Source: Candidatus Latescibacterota bacterium (GTDB lineage: Bacteria; Latescibacterota; UBA2968; UBA8231). Taken from it: a DNA stretch of 64,000 bases. This document shows, one piece after another, positions 49,622 through 58,400 of this stretch (positions within the stretch are counted from its first letter, which is position 1; each line of letters opens with the position of its first letter). The position numbers and the translations under genes are program-made. The notes below the pieces were generated by a model. That model searched no databases, was not told the DNA's origin, and saw nothing but the letters and a program-made list of their open reading frames with translations. The DNA is taken from contig CBDETY010000003.1 in assembly GCA_965243025.1 (NCBI GenBank), forward strand, positions 5,568,001 to 5,632,000, written 5' to 3'.

Positions 49622-50842
49622 ATGGAACAGGACCGGATTCGCGAGCGCCTGGAGGCGATGTCGGACCGCGAGCTGCTTCTCGCCGCGACCCTGCGCCGCG
49701 GGGAGAACAGCCCCCGGTTCCAAGAGGAGGCGCTGCGCCATCTCGAGCGCCGCGGCATCGACCTCGCCGAGATCACCGGCCGCGCCCGCGTCCGCGCCGA
49801 CGACGGCGAGGCCCAGACCCTCCCGGCCGGGAAGGCGGTCGAACTCCTCGGCCACGCCGAACCCTGGCAGACCCTGTCGTTCGCCAGCTGCATCGGCGAC
49901 AGCCTGCTGGTGCAGCGCGAGCCGCGGCAGTGGTGGTGCCACTTCTACGAGGGAGACACCTACCGCGGCTCCTTCCGCCGCGGCGACGCCGGGGGGGTCG
50001 CCGGGGTCCTCGCCCCCTTCCTGAGCCTCGAGCCCTGGGAGGGTGAAGCCGGCGAGCTGCACCGGCTCGACGACTGGCGTCTGCTCATCGATTCCGACGC
50101 CGTCGATTTCATCGAGTCGATCGCCCTCGACCTCGGCGAGGCCGGGATCCCGCACACCGTGAGGACGCCGCTGTTCGCCGGAGGAGGGGGGGGTAAAGAT
50201 GTAGAAGAAGAGGAGGAGGAGGTGTACGCCGTCCTGGTGCCCCGGCAGCATTTCGGCGAGGCCTGCGACGCCATCGAGGAGGTGGAGGAGACCGTCGTCG
50301 ACCTCTACGCCGAGGCGGAGGAGCTGGCGGCACGGGGAAACCTCGCCGCCGAACTGGAGGTGTACGACCAACTCGTCGAGACCGACCCGGAGAACCACGC
50401 GGTGTTCTACAACCGCGGCCACATCCTCCTCGAGCTCGGGCGCCGGGAGGAGGCGGCCGCGGCCCTGATCGAGGCGGTCTCCCTCGGCATGCAACAGGTC
50501 GACAAGTCGCTGCAGCCGGAAGAGAGGGGAGCGGCTGGAATCGGCGGTCTGGCCGGGCTGCTGGCGTTCCTGCTGCGCCGCGAGGTCGCCGCCCCGTCGG
50601 CGCCCGGCTATCCCGACTTCATCGACGACAGCGAGATGCTGCTGGAGCGCCTGCTGGAGAGGCTTCCCGACAGCGTCGAGATCCTGCACTGCCTGGCCTC
50701 GATCGCCCGCCTCAAGAACCGCAGGGAGGCTGCCGAGGCCTGCTACCGGCGGGTCCTGGAGATCGATCCGGACGACAAGGTCGCCTGGTTCAACCTCGGC
50801 TACATGCACTCGGAAAAGGGAGGGGACGCGACCCCGGGCTGA
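49622..50842 (+). CDS. TPR-repeat protein
   Basis: DPENHAVFYNRG and DPDDKVAWFNLG TPR signatures. Confidence 0.8.
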   Translation: MEQDRIRERLEAMSDRELLLAATLRRGENSPRFQEEALRHLERRGIDLAEITGRARVRADDGEAQTLPAGKAVELLGHAEPWQTLSFASCIGDSLLVQREPRQWWCHFYEGDTYRGSFRRGDAGGVAGVLAPFLSLEPWEGEAGELHRLDDWRLLIDSDAVDFIESIALDLGEAGIPHTVRTPLFAGGGGGKDVEEEEEEVYAVLVPRQHFGEACDAIEEVEETVVDLYAEAEELAARGNLAAELEVYDQLVETDPENHAVFYNRGHILLELGRREEAAAALIEAVSLGMQQVDKSLQPEERGAAGIGGLAGLLAFLLRREVAAPSAPGYPDFIDDSEMLLERLLERLPDSVEILHCLASIARLKNRREAAEACYRRVLEIDPDDKVAWFNLGYMHSEKGGDATPG

Positions 50843-50976
50843 TGTTGCCGCCCGTCGCGGCGGGCCGTACCGTTAGCAGCCCGTTGATCGGGCTGCCCTG
50901 CAGGCGAGGTTGCCCATGGCAGCCGCGGCCCGGATGGGCTGTTTCAACGGGCTGTCGACCCGGGAGGAATCCAGAC

Positions 50977-51738
50977 ATGGCGGGTATCGCGCAATCGATC
51001 TGTTTCGGCTGCTTTGCCGGCCGCGGGCTGTCCGACGAGGAGGTGATCGCCGAAGCCGCCCGCATCGGTTACCGCTCCGTCGAGATGCTCCCGGAGGACC
51101 TGTGGCCGCGGGTGCGCCGGCACGGCATGGAGATCGCCGCGGTGAGCGGCCATGCCTCCCTTCCGGACGGGCTCAACAAGAGCGGGAACCACGAACGCAT
51201 CGAGGCCGAGCTGCTCGCGAGCATCGACGCGGCCGCCGACAACGGAATCGCCTCCCTGATCTGCTTCTCCGGGAACCGCGAGGGCAAGTCGGAGGAGGAG
51301 GGTCTCGCCAACACCGCGGCCGGCCTGCAACGGGTCGCCGCCGCCGCAGAGAGGAAGGGGATCTCCCTGGTCCTCGAGCTGCTCAACAGCAAGGTCAACC
51401 ACCCCGACTACCAGTGCGACCGCACCTCCTGGGGCGTCGAGGTCTGCCGGCGCGTCGGCTCCGAGAGGGTCAGGCTGCTCTACGACATCTACCACATGCA
51501 GATCATGGAGGGGGACCTGATCCGCACGATCACCGACAACATCGGCTTCATCGCCCACTTCCACACCGCCGGCAACCCGGGCCGCAACGACCTCGACGAA
51601 GAGCAGGAGATCCTCTACCCGCCGATCATGCGGGCCATCGCCGCCACCGGGTACGGCGGCTTCGTCGGCCACGAGTTCGGTCCGAAAGGGGATGTCGCCG
51701 AGGCCATGCGGGCGGCCTTCGAGACCTGCGACGTATGA
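50977..51738 (+). CDS. Hydroxypyruvate isomerase family protein
   Basis: ELLN, YDIYHMQIMEG, AGNPGR and GHEF motifs. GGAGG RBS. Confidence 0.9.
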   Translation: MAGIAQSICFGCFAGRGLSDEEVIAEAARIGYRSVEMLPEDLWPRVRRHGMEIAAVSGHASLPDGLNKSGNHERIEAELLASIDAAADNGIASLICFSGNREGKSEEEGLANTAAGLQRVAAAAERKGISLVLELLNSKVNHPDYQCDRTSWGVEVCRRVGSERVRLLYDIYHMQIMEGDLIRTITDNIGFIAHFHTAGNPGRNDLDEEQEILYPPIMRAIAATGYGGFVGHEFGPKGDVAEAMRAAFETCDV

Positions 51739-51925
51739 TGCTCCTCCGGCGCTGTCCTCGACGCGAGAGCCGGCAGCGGACCGGATCGAGTGTGCCAGCT
51801 GCCGGGAAAGGTCCCCGGCGGCGGCGGTTGCGCCCGTAGCGGGGCGGAATGCTTTCCCGCCCTGAAATCCAGCCATCATCCGTGCGGAGAAGAATGGTTC
51901 CGCAAATTACCCCGGAAAAACCAAG

Positions 51926-53029
51926 ATGACCGATCCGACCCCGTTCCTCGATTCCACCGCCGTCGCCGCCGACGGCCCCGAGCTGAGCCGGCGCATGCAG
52001 CGCGACGGCTACCTGTTCGTGCGCGGCCTGCTGCCGCCCGAACCCCTCGAAACGCTGCGGCTGAAATTCCTCGCGATCGCCCGCGACGCCGGCTGGGTGT
52101 CGCGCGGCGAGCCGCTCGCCGAGGCGGTCGCCGACCTCGACGGCTTCTGCGTCGAGCCGCAGCCGGACTACATGGGGGTCTACGCCGAGATGTACAAGCT
52201 GCAGGAGTTCCACGCCCTCCAGCACCACCCGGCCATCCTCGGCCTGCTCGAGCGCATGTGCGGAGATGGCGAACGTCCGAAGCGCGTTTCAGGGGAATCG
52301 CAACGCGATTCCCGGCAACGCGATTCCCATAGAAGACTTCGCGAAGCGAAGCCTTCCGTGATTCCGCATCCGCGCATCATCGGGCGCACCATCTTCCCGC
52401 AGCAGGAAGCCTACACCACCCCGGCGCACCAGGACTTCGTGCCGATCCAGGGGACCGCCGACACCTGGACGGCCTGGTTCCCCCTGCACGACCTGTCGCC
52501 GGAGATGGGCGGCCTCCAGGTCGCCGAAGGGTCGCATACTTCCGGGGTGTACGAGTTCCGCCCCGCCCTCGGAGCGGGTGGGCTGGAGGTGACCGACCCG
52601 CTCGAGGGGCGCTGGCGCAGCAGCCTCATGAAACAGGGGGACGTGCTGTTCTTTCACAGCCTGTGCGTGCACAAGGGCGTGTCCAACACCGGGCGCACCC
52701 TGAGGCAGTCCATCGACGCGCGCTTCCAGCGGCCCGGCGACCCGATCGAGGAGAAGAGCCTGCTGCCCCACGTCAATCCGGTGACCTGGGAGGAGATCTA
52801 CGCCGGCTGGCCGAACCGGGACTACCAGTACTACTGGAAGGAATGGGACCTGAATTTCATCGAGTACGACTACAGCTATCTCGAGGAGCGGGACCGGCTC
52901 GCCTTCGTGATGGCCGCCGACGGCGACGAGCGCGCCCGTTCCGCCCTGCAGCGCATAATCGCCCGCGACGCGGATCCGGAAAAGCGTCAGCGGGCCGAGG
53001 CGGCACTTGTATCCCTGGACGCCTCCTAG
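51926..53029 (+). CDS. PhyH family dioxygenase with in-frame insertion
   Basis: DGYLFVRG, HQD, GSH and HKG motifs. Aberrant segment of about 29 codons at 52268-52354. Confidence 0.88.
   Translation: MTDPTPFLDSTAVAADGPELSRRMQRDGYLFVRGLLPPEPLETLRLKFLAIARDAGWVSRGEPLAEAVADLDGFCVEPQPDYMGVYAEMYKLQEFHALQHHPAILGLLERMCGDGERPKRVSGESQRDSRQRDSHRRLREAKPSVIPHPRIIGRTIFPQQEAYTTPAHQDFVPIQGTADTWTAWFPLHDLSPEMGGLQVAEGSHTSGVYEFRPALGAGGLEVTDPLEGRWRSSLMKQGDVLFFHSLCVHKGVSNTGRTLRQSIDARFQRPGDPIEEKSLLPHVNPVTWEEIYAGWPNRDYQYYWKEWDLNFIEYDYSYLEERDRLAFVMAADGDERARSALQRIIARDADPEKRQRAEAALVSLDAS
52268..52354. repeat. Palindromic element inserted in frame (boundaries approximate)
   Basis: GGGAATCGC-AAC-GCGATTCCC hairpin, duplicated 14-mer GCAACGCGATTCCC, CTTCGC-GAA-GCGAAG hairpin. 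Confidence 0.7.
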
Positions 53030-53073
53030 CCTTTTCGGGCGGTTATCCGTCGAGATTGCAAGGAGGGACGGAT

Positions 53074-53376
53074 ATGAGCCCTGAAGCTGTAGCCATAGCC
53101 GGTGTCGGCGTCACCCTGCTGGCGGTCATGGTACCGCTGCAGCTGTCCGTAGCGCGGCGAATCGATCGCGTGGAGGATCGCCGTAACGAACGCATGGACC
53201 GTATGGACGGCCGTATGGACCGTATGGACGGCCGGATGGAGCGCCTCGAGGCACGGATCGAGGAACTGGCGCGCGACCTGCGCGCCATGGCTGAGCGGGT
53301 TGCCCGTATCGAGGGCGCGGTGTGCGGACCCTGGCGGCCCCCCGAGCCGGACCCGCCCCAGGGGAATCCGGCATGA
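53074..53376 (+). CDS. Small N-terminally anchored coiled-coil protein (copy 1)
   Basis: AAGGAGG RBS, TM helix, RMDRMDG heptad repeats, C-terminal ERVARIEGAVCGPWRPPEPDP. Confidence 0.8.
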   Translation: MSPEAVAIAGVGVTLLAVMVPLQLSVARRIDRVEDRRNERMDRMDGRMDRMDGRMERLEARIEELARDLRAMAERVARIEGAVCGPWRPPEPDPPQGNPA

Positions 53377-53645
53377 GCCCCGAAGCTGTAGCCATAGTCG
53401 GTGTCGGCGTCACCCTGCTGGCCGTGCTGGTGCCCCTGCAGCTGTCGATAGGTCGGCGCATCGACCGGCGGATCGATCGTCTGGAGGACCGTCTGAACGG
53501 CCGCATGGACCGCCTCGAGAGCAGGATCGAGGAGCTGGCGCGGGATCTGGGCGCCCTTGCCGAGCGGGTGGCCCGCATCGAAGGCGCGGTGTGCGGGCCC
53601 TGGCGGCCCCCCGAACCGGACCCGTCGCAGGGGAACCCGGCATGA
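53373..53645 (+). CDS. Small N-terminally anchored coiled-coil protein (copy 2)
   Basis: ATGA overlap, paralog of copy 1. Confidence 0.8.
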   Translation: MSPEAVAIVGVGVTLLAVLVPLQLSIGRRIDRRIDRLEDRLNGRMDRLESRIEELARDLGALAERVARIEGAVCGPWRPPEPDPSQGNPA

Positions 53646-54043
53646 CCCCTGAAACCCTGACCGTAGTCGGGTGCAGTGTCGCCATCCTGGCCGTCATGGT
53701 TACGCTGCACGTTCGCCTTACGGCCGACGTGGCCGAACTGCGGCGCGAGTTGCGCGGCGAGGTGGCCGGAGTGCGCGGCGAGGTGGCCGGAGTGCGCGGC
53801 GAGGTGGCCGGAGTGCGGAGCGAGTTGCGCGGCGATATGGCCGAACTGCGGACCGAGTTGCGCGGCGATATGGCCGAACTGCGGACCGAGTTGCGCGGCG
53901 ACCTGGCGGAAGTGCGCGGGGACCTGGCGGCCTTGAGCCGGGACGTAGCCAGTCAGGGCGAGCGGCTCGCGCGCATCGAAGGGGCCGTGTTGGGACCGTG
54001 GCGCCCCCCGGAACCGGACCCCGCAGGAGAGAAACCTGCGTGA
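53642..54043 (+). CDS. Small N-terminally anchored coiled-coil protein (copy 3)
   Basis: ATGA overlap. 21-nt (VRGEVAG) and 33-nt (ELRGDMAELRT) tandem repeats, similar C-terminus. Confidence 0.8.
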   Translation: MTPETLTVVGCSVAILAVMVTLHVRLTADVAELRRELRGEVAGVRGEVAGVRGEVAGVRSELRGDMAELRTELRGDMAELRTELRGDLAEVRGDLAALSRDVASQGERLARIEGAVLGPWRPPEPDPAGEKPA

Positions 54044-54089
54044 GCGGCTGCGGCTTTCTCCGGGGTGGCGGCAGGCAGGAGCGAAACAA

Positions 54090-54815
54090 ATGAAACTCGA
54101 AGGCAAGGTGGTTCTGATAACGGGAGGCGGCTCCGGCGCCGGCGCCGGGATCGCCGAGGTATGCGCCCGCGAAGGGGCCCGGGTGGTGATCACCGGGCGC
54201 ACCCCGGAGAAGCTCGAGGCGGTCTGCGCGGAGATCGGCCGGGGCTGCGCCGGCTTCGCCGCCGACGTGGTGGACCGGGAGCGCGTCGCCGAGCTCGTCG
54301 ACCGGGTGGTGTCGCAATGGGGCCGGGTCGACGTGCTCGTCAACAACGCCGGCGTCAACGTGACCGAGCGCAAGCTCGCGGAAATGACCCTCGACAGCTG
54401 GGATTTCGTCCTCGACACCAACGCCACCGGGGCCTACAACCTCGTGCACGCGGTGCTGCCCCACATGCGCGCCCGCGGCGAGGGGCACATCGTCAGCATC
54501 TGCTCGACGGCCGGCACCTACGCCAGCCCGATCGCCGGCATGGCCTACAGCGCCTCGAAGCACGCCATGGCGGTGATGACCAAGTTCATCGACTACGAGG
54601 AGACCGCCAACGGGGTCCGGGCCACGGTCATCTCCCCCGGGGAGATCAACACCCCCATCCTCGACACGCGGCGGGTCAAGGTCAGCGACGAGCACAAGGC
54701 CCGCATCCTGCAGCCCAGGGACATCGGCGAGGCCGTCCTCTACGCGGTGACCCAGCCCCCCAACGTCTGCGTCACCGAGATGGTCATCAAGCCCCGCGGA
54801 CAGGGTCTTATATAG
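54090..54815 (+). CDS. Short-chain dehydrogenase/reductase
   Basis: TGGGSGAG, NNAG and YSASK motifs. Confidence 0.93.
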   Translation: MKLEGKVVLITGGGSGAGAGIAEVCAREGARVVITGRTPEKLEAVCAEIGRGCAGFAADVVDRERVAELVDRVVSQWGRVDVLVNNAGVNVTERKLAEMTLDSWDFVLDTNATGAYNLVHAVLPHMRARGEGHIVSICSTAGTYASPIAGMAYSASKHAMAVMTKFIDYEETANGVRATVISPGEINTPILDTRRVKVSDEHKARILQPRDIGEAVLYAVTQPPNVCVTEMVIKPRGQGLI

Positions 54816-54900
54816 TGCCTGTGCGCGTAATTGAGCGTACGAACGAGGGCGACCGAATTCACGCGGAATTGCGCAGACAGGCACTCACCCGGAAAACCGG

Positions 54901-55422
54901 ATGAAGCAGCTCCGCGGCAAGCCGCTGCGCGACTTTCTCCGCCGCACCCGCCGCCCCGGCGTCGAGCTGGCATTCCTCCTTCAGGACATCGAGGACCCGG
55001 TCAACGTCGGCTCCGCCTTCCGCATCGCCGACGCCTGCGGGGTCGCCGAGATGATCCTCACCGGGATCAGCGCCCGTCCGCCGCACCCGCTGATCGCCAA
55101 GGTCGGCCGCGGCCGCGACCGCCGGGTTCCCTGGCGCTGCGTCGAAACCGCGGCCGAGGCCATCGCCCCGTACCGCGACGACGGCTGGGAAGTCTGCGCC
55201 CTCGAGATCACCGCCGAGTCGGAACCCTACTGCGAGACCGGGTACGGCGACCGCGTGCTGCTGGTCGCCGGTCACGAGGACCACGGGGTCACCAACCGCA
55301 CCCTGGCCGCCTGCGACCGCGCCGTCTACATCCCGATGTACGGGAAGGGCTCCTCCCTCAACGTCGGCGTCTCCCTGGCGATCGCCGCCTCCCACATCCT
55401 GCACGGCGGCGGCCGGCGATGA
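54901..55422 (+). CDS. SpoU/TrmH family RNA methyltransferase
   Basis: DPVNVGSAFR, GHEDHG and IPMYGKGSSLNV motifs. Confidence 0.9.
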   Translation: MKQLRGKPLRDFLRRTRRPGVELAFLLQDIEDPVNVGSAFRIADACGVAEMILTGISARPPHPLIAKVGRGRDRRVPWRCVETAAEAIAPYRDDGWEVCALEITAESEPYCETGYGDRVLLVAGHEDHGVTNRTLAACDRAVYIPMYGKGSSLNVGVSLAIAASHILHGGGRR

Positions 55423-58400
55423 CCGCGGCCGAGGGAGGCCCGGGACCGCGCAACGGTTCCTCCGAAACGGCCGCACCGGCCTCCACCGACGGGCTCGAGC
55501 TGTTCCACCCGCTGGTGGCGGGCTGGTTCCGCGAGCGTCTCGGCGCGCCGACCGACGTCCAGCAGCGGTCCTGGCCGCGCATCGCCGCCGGCGAGCATCT
55601 GCTGATCACGGCGCCGACCGGCAGCGGCAAGACCGTGACCGCATTCCTGTGGGCCCTCGACCGCCTGGTCCGCGGCGAGTGGCAGACCGGGGCCACCCGC
55701 GTCCTCTACGTGTCGCCTCTCAAAGCGCTCAACAACGACATCCGCCGCAACCTGCTGCGCCCGCTCGGCGAGCTGCGCGAGACCTTCGCCGCGGCCGCGG
55801 CCCCGTTTCCCGGGATCCGGGTGCAGACCCGCAGCGGCGACACCCCGCAGCACGAGCGCCGCGCCATGCTGCGCCGGCCCCCCGAGATCCTGATCACCAC
55901 CCCGGAGAGCCTCAACCTGCTGCTGAGCTCGCGGGGCGGGCTCGGCCTGATCGGCAACGTCGCCACCGTCATCCTCGACGAGGTGCACTCCGTGGTCGGC
56001 AACAAGCGGGGGGTGCACGCGATCACCGCGGTCGAGCGGCTGGTGCCGCTGTGCGGGGAGTTCCAGCGCATCGCCCTGTCGGCGACGGTGAAGCCGCTGG
56101 ATACGGTGGCGGAGTTCGTCGGCGGTCTGCGCGCCGAAGGAGAGGCAGAAGGGGAGCCGCGGCTGCGGCCGCGCCCCGTCGGCATCGTGCAGTCGACCGA
56201 TGTCAAGCAGTACGACGTCCGCGTCCGCTTCCCGCGCACCGCCGCCGACCAGCAGGGGGCGGACGCGGAGTCGGTGTGGCCGCCGCTGGTCGAGGAGTTC
56301 TCACGCATCGTCGCCGGCAACCGGTCGACCCTGCTGTTCACCAACAACCGCCGCCTGTGCGAGAAGCTGACCCTGCTGATCAACGGCGGCGGCGAGCGCC
56401 CCCTCGCATACGCCCACCACGGCTCCCTGTCGCGGGAGATCCGCGAGACCGTCGAGGGCAAGCTCAAGGACGGGGAGCTGCGGGCGATCGTCGCCACCGC
56501 CTCGCTCGAGCTCGGGATCGACATCGGCGCCCTCGACGAAGTCGTCCTCGTGCAGTCCCCCCACTCGATCGCCTCGGGGATCCAGCGCATCGGCCGCGCC
56601 GGCCACGACGTCGGCGAGGTCAGCCGCGGCACCCTTTTCCCGACCTACTCCTCCGACTTCATAGAGTCCGCGGTGATGGCCGCCGGAGTGCTGAACGGGG
56701 ATATCGAGGAGGCGCGGCCGGTCGAGGCCCCCCTCGACGTGCTCGCCCAGGTCGTGGTTTCGATGGCCGCCCTCGAGCCCCGTGACCTCGACGAGATATA
56801 CCGGGTGGTGCGCTCTTCGTATCCGTACCGGAACCTCGGCCGCGGGCAGTTCGCTCTCGTCGTCGACATGCTGGCGGGCCGCTACGCCCACACCCGCATC
56901 CGGGAGCTGCAGCCGAAGCTCTCCGTCGACCGCCTCGACAACACCGCGGCCGCCCGCAGGGGGGCGGTGCAGGATCTCTACTTCTCGGGGGGGACCATCC
57001 CCGACCGCGGCTACTTCCACCTGCGCGTCGAGGAGTCGAACGCCCGCATCGGCGAGCTCGACGAGGAGTTCGTGTGGGAGTGCTCCGAGGGGCAGACCTT
57101 CACGATGGGCTCGCAGAGCTGGACGATCCGGCGCATCACCCACAACGACGTGTTCGTGACCCCGTCGCCGCCGAAGGCGGCCGACCTGCCGTTCTGGAAG
57201 GCGGACGGCGGCGGCCGCGAGTTCCACTTCTCCGAGCGCATAGGGGAGTTCCTCGAGGCCGCCGACGGTCGCCTCGACGACCCGCGCTTCCGGCAGCGGC
57301 TGCAGCGGGACCACGCCATGGACGAAACCGCGGCGGACCAGCTGCTCGACCTGCTGCGGCGGCAGAGGAAGGAGACCCGCTGCCCTCTGCCGCACCGGCG
57401 CCACGTCGTCGTCGAGTACGCCGGCTCCGCCCCGCTCGGACACGAGGGGAACCAGGTGGTGCTCCACACCTTCTGGGGGGAGCGCGTCAACCGGCCGTTC
57501 GCCCTCGCTCTCGACGCCGCATGGGAGGAGAGGTTCGGCCAGCGGCTGGAGATCTACCCTGCCAACGACTGCATCGCCATGATGCTGCCGCACGAGATCG
57601 AGGCGGAGGAGCTGCTCTCCCTGGTGCCGCCGGTCCGGCTCGAGGACCACCTGCGCCGGCGCCTGGAAAGTTCCGGCTACTTCGGGGCGCGCTTCCGGGA
57701 GTGCTGCGGCCGCGCCCTGCTTCTCGGGCGAAGGCGCATGAACGAGCGCCTGCCGCTGTGGCTGACGCGGCTGCGTTCCCAGAAGCTGCTCGACGCGGTG
57801 CGGCGCTTCGACGACTTCCCGCTCCTGATCGAGGCCTGGCGCTCCTGTCTCCAGGACGAGTTCGACATGCCGGCCCTGCAGCAGCTGCTGACCGAGCTGG
57901 AGTCCGGCGGCATCTCCTGGTCGGCGGCCCATACCGAACAGCCGAGCAGCTTCGCCCGGGCCATCTCCTGGCGGCAGGTCGACAACTACATGTACCGGGG
58001 GGACGAGCCGGCCGCGTCCGAGCCGTCGCGGCTGCGCGGCGACCTGCTGCGCGAGGTCCTGTTCAGCCCCGACCTGCGCCCGGCGGTGCCGGCCGCGGTG
58101 GTGCGCGGCTTCGTCGAGAAGCGGCAGCGCCTCGCTCCCGGGTACGCCCCCCGGAGCGCCCGCGAGCTCGTCGACTGGGTGGTGGAGCGCCTGCTGATCC
58201 CGGAGGGGGAGTGGGAGGAGCTGCTCGCCGCCATCGACCGCGACAGGGGGATCGACCCGGATTCCGGAGAGGCCGCCGCCGACCTGGTCGCCGCCGCCGG
58301 GGACCGCCTGGTGCGCGTCGATGCCGGGGGCGCCGTGCTGGTAGCGGCCCGCGAGCAGCTGCCCTGGCTCGGCAGGGCCTGGAGCAGGCTGCCCGGAAGC

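Noticed and set aside
53042-54089. Prophage or phage lysis module
   Set aside because: No other phage genes nearby, and the flanks are ordinary metabolic genes.
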